DNA of 63,801 bases, filler included, from Aduncisulcus paluster (lineage: Eukaryota): assembly GCA_024181965.1 (NCBI GenBank). It is 8 parts of 8 records of this genome, joined end to end, with 100 filler letters (N's around TTAATTAATTAA, not from the genome) between each part and the next. Parts side by side here need not be neighbours in the genome. Positions count along the whole stretch, not along the records: positions 7,526 to 17,258 come from BQXS01009728.1; positions 17,359 to 29,972 come from BQXS01009729.1; 6 more parts are not named here. One strand, given 5' to 3'. The position numbers were made by a program, and so were the translations under genes. How positions within the stretch are numbered: position 1 is the first letter of the stretch; each line of letters starts with the position of its first letter. Below the pieces are notes generated by a model. The model saw only the letters and a list, made by a program, of their open reading frames with translations. It was not told where the DNA came from and ran no database searches. Shown piece after piece: positions 11,929 to 23,161 of this stretch.

Positions 11929-13898
11929 TTTTTCTTGTTCTTCTGAGGAAGATTCGAGAATATTCACACGAACTCTTTGTGTCTCTTTCTCTTTCTCCTT
12001 ATCTTCTATTTTTTCGTTTTCATTTGTTTTGTTATCCTTTTGATCTTTGAGATCATGGCCATTTTCTTGTTCTTTCCCTTCAATTCTTTTCCCACTCTCT
12101 TCCTCTTCCTCTTCTTCTTCTCCCTCTCTCTCTTCCTTCTCTTGGGATTCGAGGGGATTCTCTTGTTCTCTATCGGGATCAATATGGATGATNNNNNNNN
12201 NNNNNNNNNNNNTGAGGAAGATTCGAGAATATTCACACGAACTCTTTGTGTCTCTTTCTCTTTCTCCTTATCTTCTATTTTTTCGTTTTCATTTGTTTTG
12301 TTATCCTTTTGATCTTTGAGATCATGGCCATTTTCTTGTTCTTTCCCTTCAATTCTTTTCCCACTCTCTTCCTCTTCCTCTTCTTCTTCTCCCTCTCTCT
12401 CTTCCTTCTCTTGGGATTCGAGGGGATTCTCTTGTTCTCTATCGGGATCAATATGGATGATCATGTCATCTGTCTGCAATAATTCCACGTCATCGGTGGC
12501 ATTATCGTGCAATAATATTATCTCAGGTGAACCAGGCTGAGAATGATGCTTAGCGGGATGAACTGATGAAGCCCCATTAGCTGAATGGTCAACAATCTGC
12601 TGCCGTCTCAAATTACTTAACTCGGCCGATTCCTTCAAAGACGTCGTTTCATGAATATCAATGTCTTCTTCCTGTATTTCTATAGGCTCTCTCATCCCCC
12701 CATCACGCATGATGCTCCCTCTTATCTCATCTGCATCTGACAGAGACAAGACATGAGTGTGTGAGGATGTTTTATGGTTAGAATTATTCATAGTGGGATG
12801 TAAAGAAGAGAAGGGTTGAGAATTAGAGGGAGATAAGAGGGGGGGGTCAATATCCGTTTGAGTGGAGGAAGATACCATCTTAACTTTGACAGTGCCACAG
12901 AGAGAACAAATGCTACAGGCTCTGCCTTCTTTGTCCGTCGAGAGAGAGATAGATTTCGAGAGAGCCTGATCATCATCCAATGGTTGAGTTGTATCACTTT
13001 CCAAAATATGAGAGTGTGCCTGATGATGAAATGATTGAATAGACCGCTGAGGCTCAGCTAATCGAGTTCCAGGACCCCCTGTCATCCTACCACTAACATT
13101 TGTTCCAGTAAAATGTTGTACATGGCTGGCCACTGGTGTTTGGAACATCGATGGAGATGCTGGGAAGACCGATGCTTTAATTGAGGCTGATCGTGGGGAA
13201 ATAGGAGGTTTTGATTGAAGCTGAGATGGATCACCTGGGAGCTTAAGTTTCTTGAAAATAAGTGATGACGAGGGTTTCGAACATTGTGGTTTAGATGGAG
13301 ATATAAGGGGTTGAGCAGGCTTTGGAGTATGACTATTTGACCATCCAGCTGGCGGAGGAATGGGAGGCTTTGAGGAAGGAGGAATGGGAGGTCTTCGAGA
13401 AAATGAGGGCTGAAAACTATGTACTGAAGGCCTATCAGAAGAGATATATTGATTAGATATTGATTTAGTAGCATTTGAAATATAATATGGTCTAGAAATA
13501 GATCTATATATCGGTTTTGAAGAAGGAGTATGTGGAAGATCTTTGGGGGTTATATCTATAGGTTTTGGAACAGATTTTGTTTTAGTTTCATCTATTATGG
13601 TCTTCTTAGGGGGGATCGGCTCAATTTTTGCAGGGGATGAAGTTTTACGAGCAACAGAAAACGAGAAAAGGGGATCTTCCTCAATAAAAAGTGTTTCTTT
13701 CTCTTCTATGGGCTTTTTAGGCACTATTCTTGATTGAAAAGGTGGTACTTCATATTTTGAAGTTCCAAATAGTCCCTTTCCTTGCTCTTGGGCATTTTTT
13801 CGTTTTCGTTCATCCTCTTCAGCTAAAAATCGTCTAGCCCAACTTCCTACTTCATCAGATTCTCTTTGTCCATGTAATCCAAGATAATATTGGTCCAT
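11416..13898 (-). CDS. Pro/Ser-rich protein with possible C-terminal PH-like domain; split by assembly gap
   Basis: ORFs 12006-13898 and 11416-11967 join once the duplicated overlap (11944-12192 = 12213-12461) around the 20-N gap is collapsed. Confidence 0.65.
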
Positions 13899-14195
13899 AA
13901 ATATGACCGTTATACAGAAAATGTGGCATTTCTAGCTAGAATTTTATTATGTTAAATATTTTTCCTAAAGATAGTAAAAAGGGGTTGAAATTAAGTTTTA
14001 ATTAAAAGGTACAAAACAAATTTTGATGATATATGATCAGAAGCTGATTTACACAATGAATCTCATATCACCCAAAATATTGACTTTCCAGATGATTTAT
14101 TGATAAATATTCTAGTGTGAATAAGTATATTAAATGTTTTGAGTTGAATAAGTGAATTCTAGTTTGAATATCAACTTTGATGTCAGGTCTCTACC

Positions 14196-17100
14196 ATGGC
14201 AAAAAACAGGATGGTCTTGGGAACAACCATGGACGGGCCTTCGTCCTTCATAAAGTGTAAATTTTGTGTTAATGGATTATTAGTCATTAAATCATCTTTA
14301 ACTGCATCTATATCCACTGCAACAGATCAAAAAGAACAACTTGTCGATTCCTCCAAAGGTGATGTTTTTTCAGCCGTAGAAGGTGGTGATATTCTCGGAG
14401 AACCTGCTGAGGAAAGTGATTCTTACGATTCATACTTTTCTGAAAATGATCGATTAGACATATTGAAAGAACCATCTCAATCCTCGCAAGAAGAAGAATA
14501 TTCGAAATCAGAGGAGGTAATAGAACATAAAGAAGAAGAAAAAGGAAAACAAGATGAGCCTATTCAAGATATACAAATATTATCAACTCAACATTACATA
14601 ATACCCGCGAATGATGCCAGATTGAATCCATTTTGTCCATTTACAGCCCTTCCTTCTTCATTATCTTATGAAGAAGGAGCTAAAGTTGCCATGGATTTGG
14701 CTAAGTTTGCCCCAAGGCTCAGTCTGGTGTTTAAGACTATTGCCCAATGTTTTATTGAGCAAAAACCCTTATTACTTCCGTTAAAGCGAGATAAATTAAA
14801 ATCGGCAAAACTTCAAACATCAAGATCTGATATTAGTGAGTATTTGTTTAAATCTGCTCATTGCGTCGGCAATTTAGAATCTCTTGGATTTCGTAGTGAA
14901 CCCAAACCCTTTGGAAAAGATTCTTCAACTCAATTAACTCAATTATTAACTTCTGGAGCCATTCATAAAGCTGTTAATGGAGCCGCTCGTGCTGATCACT
15001 GGGCTTTGTCTCTTGCATTGTCCTGTTCTCTTGGCTTGACTCCTGCCGAAGAAGTTGCCATTGCTTTTGCGCGTACATTGCCTCCCGATTCACCCCTAAG
15101 ATGTGTTCTTCTCTGTCTCCTCCGTAGTCGCATTACCTCCTCTGATATCCAAGGCGATGTGTGGAAATGTGGTGTATCTGTGCTTCTTGAGAGAGAAGGG
15201 GGTGGTCAACGTGCCATGAAGTGTGCCGTAAGTCTCGGAAAAGCCATTATCGAAAAGCGGAGGAAGAGGAAGAGGGAGATTGAGCGTGCTCTAAAGAAGA
15301 ACGGAATCAAACGACGAGATAATCCTGCCTTATTCGAGGAAGAAATGGATAAAATGATACAAGATAGATATGAGACAGATAGTGATGTCGATGCTGTTTG
15401 TGTTGCCCACTCATGTTTTATTATGGGTGGAGAAATCCCGTCTGCAGCCACTGATTTATCCTTATTCACACTTCCAGGAATAGATCTAACCAGTGGCCGG
15501 TATGATATCGGCGGTGGCCGGGAGGCATGTATGAATGAGATCCTTGCCTCTTCAATGGGAGCTGAACTCATCATCCAGCTCCACAAACTGACGAATGCCA
15601 GGTCAGAGATGCGTCGAAGAAAGAAGATTGAACGTGAGTCACGTACATCATTAGCCATGGTGACTTCACCCGTTCTCTCAGACTCCAATGAACCACAGTC
15701 TCCGATCCCTCTCAGTCTTAACTACGAGATCAGTCCCATGTTCCTCTGGCCTTTCCAACTCGCTCAGACATTGCTTCTCATTAGCTGTGGGAAGTACAGG
15801 GATGCATTGATCAAGTGTGAGCGTGTTGCGAGAATGTGCAGGGAGAAGCTACGTGATGGTGCAGAGACGAAAGAGTCTGGGACCTCCCTTCCAGGGTCCC
15901 ATCATCGTCCTTTTGCCCTATCTCAGTCCTCAAGTGGAATGTCTATGACCGATCTCAGTGGAATGTCTGAGATGGATAGTGAATTCGTGGAAGAGAGCAG
16001 GAGCAGGAAGGATAGATCGATTGAAGGAGGCAGGAGAGGAAAACGTCGATCTGGTGGAGGTCATCACATGTCAGGCTCGCGTGATTCTGCTCTTCGAATC
16101 CACCATTCTTCCACCAAACCTTCTGGTGCCCCTCTCTTACCGCGTTCACATATGCCCTTTGCCTTCTCGTGTGACCCCCAGCCAGGAGAGTGGCTCCAGT
16201 TAGGTCAGCAAGCGCTATCTATTGTTGCACTGATATCGTCATACATTGGTACCTCTGAAGCCTCTTCTGTGCTGAATGATGCCCTCAGACACAGGGCCAA
16301 GGGAGTCAGGCTTGTCATTCGTAAGAGAGGTGGGAGAGCCAACACTCCGCATAGACAGCGTGGAGAAGGGTGGGAATGGTTATCAAAGGCTCAAGAACGT
16401 GGTGTTGGTGTTCTCTATAGTTTTGCTGAAGAGGAAGAAGAAGAGAGGAAGAGAGAGGAAGAGAGGAAGAGAGAGGAAGAGAGGAAGAGAGAAGAAGAGA
16501 GGAAGAGAGAAGAAGAGAGGAAGAGAGAGGAAGAGAGGAAGAGAGAGGAAGAGAGGAAGAGAAGAGAAGAGGAAGAAGCAGCTCGGAAGAAGAAAGAAGA
16601 GGAGGAAGAACGGGAGAGGAAAAGAAAAGCTGAAGAAGAAGAGCAAAGGAAAAAAGAAGAAGAGGAAGAAAAGGAAAGGAAGATGAAAGCTGAGGCTGAG
16701 GAAAGAATAAGGAAAGAAATTGAAGAAAAGTTGAGAAGAGAAGAGGAAGAAAGGAAGAAGAGAGAGAAAGAAGAGGCAGAAGAAAGGGAAAGAATAAGGA
16801 AGAAAGAAGAAGAGGAGGAACGGGAGAGAAAAGAAAAAGAGGAAGAAGAAAAGAGGAAGAGGCAAAAAGAGCAGGAAGAAGCCTTAGAAAGAGAAAATCA
16901 GCAAGGTCTTATCCCTTCCACATTTCCTTCTCAAGATATTTTTGGAATTGAGTCAAAACCTCATGAGTTCACTGGTGATGAAGCCTTCTTCTCTGCCCAA
17001 GATGAGATGGAGACCAACAGAATAGATCAAACAAAGTCTGTTCCCACCGTTCCTCCTGGTCAATCTGGTATTCCCTCCCTTGTCCCTTCTGACATCCATC

Positions 17101-17258
17101 TTATTGAACCTCCGCCAAGAGAACAGCCTCATCCAAGAGAACAGCCTCATTCAATGATCCCTGGTATTCCTATGATGCCAATCTCAACTCTGCCAAACAC
17201 ACAAACACTCCCTAGTACTCACATGATGCCTTCCACCAGTCATGTGCATACCTCTCAG
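14196..17258 (+). CDS. Sec16-like COPII scaffold with ER/K single-alpha-helix region, 3' partial
   Basis: The order of motifs QLLTSG..KAV..A..ADHWALSLALS, AFARTLPPDSPLR, SLGKAI, VAHSCFIMG, LPGID and PFQLAQTLLLISCGKYRDALIKCE matches the Sec16 central conserved (ACE1) domain. Possible in-frame 69-nt intron at 14257-14325. Confidence 0.6.
16435..16560 (+). repeat. 18-bp coding tandem repeat (EEERKR)n
   Basis: About seven copies of GARGAAGAGAGGAAGAGA inside the Sec16-like CDS. Confidence 0.9.
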
Positions 17259-17358
17259 NNNNNNNNNNNNNNNNNNNNNNNNNNNNNNNNNNNNNNNNNN
17301 NNTTAATTAATTAANNNNNNNNNNNNNNNNNNNNNNNNNNNNNNNNNNNNNNNNNNNN

Positions 17359-17963
17359 CAACTAAATATGAATCCAGTCTGAGTGATATTTTGAAACCAT
17401 TTGTTATTCAAGTATCTGATGCTATACAAGGAGTTTCTGCACAACAGAATGAATTATTAAAAAGGATTAGCTCCGTTACAACCCACTTCGAGCAATTTCA
17501 AAAACATTCTGAGTTCCCTTCAGTTGGAAAAGAAATGGATAGACTAGGAAAATGTAAGAAACGTGCTCTTGCCCTTCGTGCACGTATAATGAAGGTATCC
17601 ACACGGGTTCAATTGATAGAGAAAAAGGCTCGCCAAAAATACAATGAACAATTTGACATCCTTTCTAAACGTGTTGCTTCTCTTGAAAAACATAACGCTG
17701 CAGAAGAGAGAAGACTCGATATGATGAAAGAAAAACATCTTTCGGCAGAGAAGGAAGAGAAGAAAGAAGAAGTCGAGAAGAAAGAAGAAGTTAAGGAAGA
17801 AGAAGAAAAGAAGGAAGATGAAGAGGAGAAGGAAGGAGTTGAGGAGAAGAAGGAAGGAGTTGAGGAAGCGACGGAAGGAGTTGAGGAAGTCAAGGAAGAA
17901 GAGAACAAGGAAGAAGAAAAGAAGGAAGCCATTGAAGAAGGAGAAGAAAAGAAAGAAGAATAG
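17359..17963 (+). CDS. Snapin/Pallidin-like (BLOC-1 subunit-like) coiled-coil protein with acidic tail, 5' partial
   Basis: ILKPFVIQVSDAIQGVSAQQNELLKRI...RLGKCKKRALALRARIMKVSTRV resembles the Snapin/Pallidin family pattern. Confidence 0.5.
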
Positions 17964-18148
17964 ATTAAACAGTGATTTCCCCTTTTCCCCTAAATAAAGA
18001 GACACTCTCATCATATTTTGGGCCTAGAAATAACGATTTTTGCGAAATTATTTTCTATTTTGGTCATACTATAGGCCTTATGCGTTTTTGCTCACATTTA
18101 ACACATTCATAAGAGAGCCAAGTCTTTATTGTCCTAATTTTTCCAACC

Positions 18149-19771
18149 ATGAAATTAAAAGATGTTTTTTACTACATCTTCTTTTTGATTCTTGGATTTT
18201 TGCCCTTCACCCTCGTCAATGCTCTGTGGGCAGAAGGCGTTGTATTTTGGAATGTATTACCTGAAGGAAATGAATTGAGTACGAAAATTAATATATTTTA
18301 TAATATAGGAAACATTTTCCCATTCATTTCCATTTATCTCCAATCCAAATGCAAATCCCTCTCAGATGGAAGAATTTTGATCTTTTTGGGCACATTTTCA
18401 TGTTTAGTGAGTATTTTATTGGCATTTTGGTGGGATGTAACATCTAATGGACATTCAATTATGGTAATAATCTGTTCTCTTCTTTCTGGCTTTGTCGGTT
18501 GCACATCCATCGTATCAATCTTCTCATTTATTCATGGATTTGCGTCAGAATATGTTTCCGCAACGTCTGCGGGCCTGTCTATTTCTGGATTGGTGACAAG
18601 TATTCTTTCGAATTTCCAGATACATCAAAATCAAACTACCGGTGATATTGAGCTTTCTTTCAGTGTCAGAACCTTTTACCTTGCTGTAGTTCTTCCTATG
18701 GCTGTTATTTCCCTTATTATAGCAATATTAATTCATCTTGATATCATCAAAAGGGATCAACTTCCTGCCGCTGGTTCCTTGCTCTCTGACGAGGATTCAG
18801 ATAGCGTTCATTCGCCAAACTCCACTGATAACCCCAATCATGAGCCTTCTCTTGATTCCAAGATGAGTAATCATCTCGATGGTAAATTTGATTTTGAAGA
18901 CATTCCAACAAAGCCTGTAAGTTTAGAAACGGGATCTTCATGGGGTACTCTTTGCCGGCGATCAAGAGAATTGGATGTTCCAGCATCAATCCAAAGCATT
19001 GATCCGACAACAGGCGACGTTTCCTCTGTCCCAGGCCAAGATAGTGACGGTCGGGCCACGAATAGTTCCTTGAAGGATTCTTCCAGCAATGAAGAATTAG
19101 ATGAAACCTCAGAGAAGCAATCTTTCGAGTTCCTTTTATGCTGTGCTCCCAAAAGAAGACCAGCAGGAGATGAAGAGGAGATTATTCTCCTTGCATCTTC
19201 TCCTTCCTCATCTTCTCCGGCCGAAATCATTCCGTCAGAAGACGAAAGCTCCAAAAGGCGTACATATGTTGCATGGATCCCAATTGTAAATCAAACTTGG
19301 ACAGCATTCCTCGCATATTGGCTGATGCCGTCATTCTTGCCCTATTTCAGCCAAGGATTCGCTGATGGCGCAGAGGTATCAAGTTTATGCAACACAATAT
19401 ACCAGGCTGCCGGTATTGTTGGCCGGTTGATGCCGTCTTTCCCGGTTAGGATTTATGCATCGTGGATCTTGAACATTCTTCAAACTGCCGTGACAATTGT
19501 CTTGTGTTCTCTTTCATTCTTCACAACAACCACGGATAACCCAATGTCAGAGGGCCTCGTTCTAGTACTGATCGGTGGTCAAGGTGCATTAAATGGATAT
19601 ATTGCAACCGTCAACTATCTTCTCCTGGAGTATCTCACTATCAAGAAGGGAATTAGACCGTTCAGCGATGGAGAAAAGAAGGTTGTTAAGCGAATGACAG
19701 GGTTAATGAACCAATTGGGATGTTGCACGGCTTCTGTGATTGTATTCTTCATCATTCAGTATGGAATGTAG
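18149..19771 (+). CDS. SLC52-like (riboflavin transporter family) membrane protein
   Basis: NALWAEGVVFWNVLPEGNELS..GNIFP, GCTSIVS, GLSISGLV, LSFSVRTFY and LMPSFLPY correspond to SLC52A motifs; long acidic central loop. Confidence 0.7.
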   Translation: MKLKDVFYYIFFLILGFLPFTLVNALWAEGVVFWNVLPEGNELSTKINIFYNIGNIFPFISIYLQSKCKSLSDGRILIFLGTFSCLVSILLAFWWDVTSNGHSIMVIICSLLSGFVGCTSIVSIFSFIHGFASEYVSATSAGLSISGLVTSILSNFQIHQNQTTGDIELSFSVRTFYLAVVLPMAVISLIIAILIHLDIIKRDQLPAAGSLLSDEDSDSVHSPNSTDNPNHEPSLDSKMSNHLDGKFDFEDIPTKPVSLETGSSWGTLCRRSRELDVPASIQSIDPTTGDVSSVPGQDSDGRATNSSLKDSSSNEELDETSEKQSFEFLLCCAPKRRPAGDEEEIILLASSPSSSSPAEIIPSEDESSKRRTYVAWIPIVNQTWTAFLAYWLMPSFLPYFSQGFADGAEVSSLCNTIYQAAGIVGRLMPSFPVRIYASWILNILQTAVTIVLCSLSFFTTTTDNPMSEGLVLVLIGGQGALNGYIATVNYLLLEYLTIKKGIRPFSDGEKKVVKRMTGLMNQLGCCTASVIVFFIIQYGM

Positions 19772-20358
19772 GAATCGATTTGCTGCATTAAAATATAGTT
19801 ACTTCTATGCATAATTTGTTTATTTATTATTATTATTTTTTCGTATTTTCCGAGCTTTAGTCCTGAGGATGGAGAAAACTTTTCTATTAATACAATTCAT
19901 TTTGACCAACATTCTTGTTGCCTATTATTCTCTTTTTGGCCATTGCTTTCAGGAAATATTAGCTATTTGCGGCTATATATATTTTTTTTTTGGTTTGTGT
20001 GACTAGAATCCTTGAATTTCATTATTGTTCAAGAAATTTTTATTCTTTGAGATCACAAAGTAAATTTCCACGACCCAATGTTTTTTTCTCCGACCCAAAT
20101 ACTTCTAGCTGTAACAGACTGTTTTATCTCAAGAATTTTGTTGCATCTAGGAAGTGACATCAGGTGAATTGTGACAAAAATTGAATTTAAATAATAATTT
20201 GTTTATTATTTCTTTGTGGGGAGGATTGGAATCATCATTCGTATTTTTTGCGAACATCTGTCTTTGCGAAGTGTACTCATCCTTGATGCTATCTCAGATA
20301 CGATGCTTCAGTATATTAGTTTATTTGTGTTATTCGAATTAATTCTTGTAATTTTTAT

Positions 20359-21340
20359 ATGGAAAAAGCTCCAGTCTCACAAGAATCTTCTCCTTCTTCC
20401 TCCCCTTCGGCCTCCCCTTCGCCCTCAATGTCTCAATCTTCTCCCTACATGAAGTCAAGTGCATCTTCTCCCCTTTCTTGCCATTCTAGTGTTATTGATG
20501 ATGTCGATACTACTCCAATGTCAAGTGCTTCAAAATCGGTTCAAAAATTCATTGAAACGAGCGCCTTCAATCTCATCAAATTATCGATATATATTGTTGG
20601 TATCACTCTTATCATTGCTATTCCAACATTATTAGCGTTGGAGTGGAAAGCTCCCACTGGGAATACTGGAGATGAATCAAGTCCAACTTTCAAGGAATCT
20701 GTGAACGGTTTACAAGACAAAGATAAAAATATTCACAATTATACAGATATGGCAAATTCAAACGATGTAAGTGATGATCAAGATGAAGAAGAAGGAAATA
20801 GTGTCTCAAAAGTACTAATGGAGTTGGAGAAACAATATCACGAAGCAGAAAAAGACAAGTCAGAAATTCTTGAAAAAATGTGGAAGAAATTTACTGNNNN
20901 NNNNNNNNNNNNNNNNAACATTATTAGCGTTGGAGTGGAAAGCTCCCACTGGGAATACTGGAGATGAATCAAGTCCAACTTTCAAGGAATCTGTGAACGG
21001 TTTACAAGACAAAGATAAAAATATTCACAATTATACAGATATGGCAAATTCAAACGATGTAAGTGATGATCAAGATGAAGAAGAAGGAAATAGTGTCTCA
21101 AAAGTACTAATGGAGTTGGAGAAACAATATCACGAAGCAGAAAAAGACAAGTCAGAAATTCTTGAAAAAATGTGGAAGAAATTTACTGAATTAAGGAAAG
21201 AAAAGAGTGATGATCTGATTGCTCTAAGAGATTCAGTGAAACAGAAGTTCAAGGATTTCGTTGAAATGTTGGAAAGCATTGACAAAGTCGAAGGCGATTG
21301 GAAAGAGGATGCCGATATTGAATTAGAAGACGTGATGTAA
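20359..21340 (+). CDS. Single-pass membrane hypothetical protein; split by assembly gap
   Basis: One TM segment (LSIYIVGITLIIAIPTLLAL). 20625-20896 is duplicated as 20917-21188 around the 20-N gap. Confidence 0.65.
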
Positions 21341-21365
21341 TTAAGAACATTTGAGATGGATTCGG

Positions 21366-21685
21366 ATGATCCAACGAATAACAATTGATTATCCACATTA
21401 TCATAACAAAAGTATATTATATACTATATATAATGGATGTTTTTTTCTCATTTGGATTGGCTATTTTATTCAACAAGCTCATTCATTTCATAATAAATCA
21501 CTATTTTCCAGCTAACCTTATGTTAAGATCTGAGATCTCAGAAAATTGCGCAAATTGAAAAAGTTTTTCAAAAACTGAGATTGATGTTTAGTCCTCTTGG
21601 ACTATTCAGAACTGACCCCCTTGTCGGCGATGAATCCACTTGGCCTCCACTCTGTGACCCTGCTAATGCTCATCGTAAGATGTAG
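21366..21685 (+). CDS. Putative small two-exon gene (~67 aa)
   Basis: Exon 21366-21411, intron 21412-21527 (GTATAT...GCTAAC...TAAG), exon 21528-21685; phases are compatible. Confidence 0.3.
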
Positions 21686-21759
21686 AATTTATTCTACACT
21701 ATGGATTAGTATACTCGAAAGTTTCGAGTCGAAACAACCATAAATATATCAAAAATCAC

Positions 21760-22569
21760 TCAGTCTAATGTGGCTTTAAGCAAAGTTAAACTGCAAAACA
21801 CCAAATTCTGAAGTCCAATCCAATCATTTTGGGTCAGATACTCCTTGCCAAACGAAAATCTACAAAGAACCGCATTTTGAAGCCAATCTGGACAATAACA
21901 TGCATGTGAAGCCAATTTTGATGAATTAAAAATACGATAAGGAAACTTCCCAGAAAAAGTTGCCAGATTAACAGGAATAAAATCTGAATTTCTTTGAGGA
22001 ACATTATCTAAAATCTCAGGAACTTGAGTTATTCCCGTAAAATATGAAATTACTGCAAATCCAGCAGAGATATACAACCACACCATGGATTTTAAGGTCC
22101 AAGACAATATTAAAGAGATAAAGAGAAGTGAACTTACGATAATCCTTGTCATTGGATATGCAAATACCTTTTTAACCGGTATCTGTGCTTGGATGGCAGC
22201 GAGTCTCATGGCAAAATGAGTCCAAGAATACAAAAAGCAGTTGACAAGCGAAATTCCAATAAACAGGAAAATTGATCCGAAGTTTAATGATTTTTCAGTT
22301 GAATTTAATGTAATTGAATAGAATAATAAGCCTGAAAACAAAAAGATATCAAGGAAATAAGCCATTTTCAAAAATAGAAGGAATGCATTACTAAAAGAAT
22401 GTATTTCGGTTTTATATCCTATATTAGACAATGTTTCTGGTTGTTTTGATCCTTGTTTTGATTGCAAAGTTGCTAAAGATAGAGTTTGTTGGTTTTTTTG
22501 CATATCTTCGTCAATATCCGGGAAAAGTCGACTCTTGGCGAGCACATATTTATCAATATCATCTGCCAT
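21760..22569 (-). CDS. Multi-pass membrane hypothetical protein
   Basis: ORF with likely start MADDIDKY and about four hydrophobic segments. Confidence 0.55.
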   Translation of the reverse strand: MADDIDKYVLAKSRLFPDIDEDMQKNQQTLSLATLQSKQGSKQPETLSNIGYKTEIHSFSNAFLLFLKMAYFLDIFLFSGLLFYSITLNSTEKSLNFGSIFLFIGISLVNCFLYSWTHFAMRLAAIQAQIPVKKVFAYPMTRIIVSSLLFISLILSWTLKSMVWLYISAGFAVISYFTGITQVPEILDNVPQRNSDFIPVNLATFSGKFPYRIFNSSKLASHACYCPDWLQNAVLCRFSFGKEYLTQNDWIGLQNLVFCSLTLLKATLD

Positions 22570-23161
22570 AAAATTTCTATATATGTATGAGTTATATCTA
22601 CTCCGAGGTGTTACAAAAATTGCAAAAATCAATTTATGATAGGAAATATACATAGAAATTGGTGAATAAAGAGATATTTGAATTTATAAGAAACGATCAT
22701 TTATTTAATTCCACAAAGAAATATTCTTGGATCATTGACAACGGAAAAAAAAAAAAAAATTACAAACTTTGTAATTTGAATTGAATTCAAAAAGGGGAAG
22801 TAATCAAAAACGTTAGAAAAAAAAAATAACAAAAACGAGCAAAAGCAATATAAGATAACAGTTAAAAATATTTAAGCACAAAAAACTGTAAAAAAAAAGT
22901 AAATTATAGTGTTAATTTATAATTATGATTAAAGTCGAAAATAAAGAAATAAAGGGGCCCTAATAATATGAAGAGGCTTTTAAGTCGACTATAGAATGTA
23001 AAATAACATGTTATAAATTGAAAATCATTAAAGAAGAAGCATGTCAGTCATTTTCTAGAGATTTGTCAAAATACGAAAAATATCATTATATATGCAAATT
23101 TCACCCGTATATTAACATTTTCATTGCAAAAATACCCATTAATAATAATATTAATCATGTT

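Noticed and set aside
11944-12461. Direct repeats flanking 20-N gaps (also 20625-21188, 35580-35768, 40297-40866)
   Set aside because: Unmerged scaffold overlaps or haplotypes; collapsing them restores single ORFs.
16435-16560. CRISPR-like or regulatory repeat array
   Set aside because: No spacers; it is an in-frame coding repeat (EEERKR).
21590-21690. U3/U4/U6 snRNA or C/D snoRNA
   Set aside because: Only isolated motifs (GATGA, CTGA, ACAGAG, ATTAGCA) in the wrong order or context; a small coding exon fits better.
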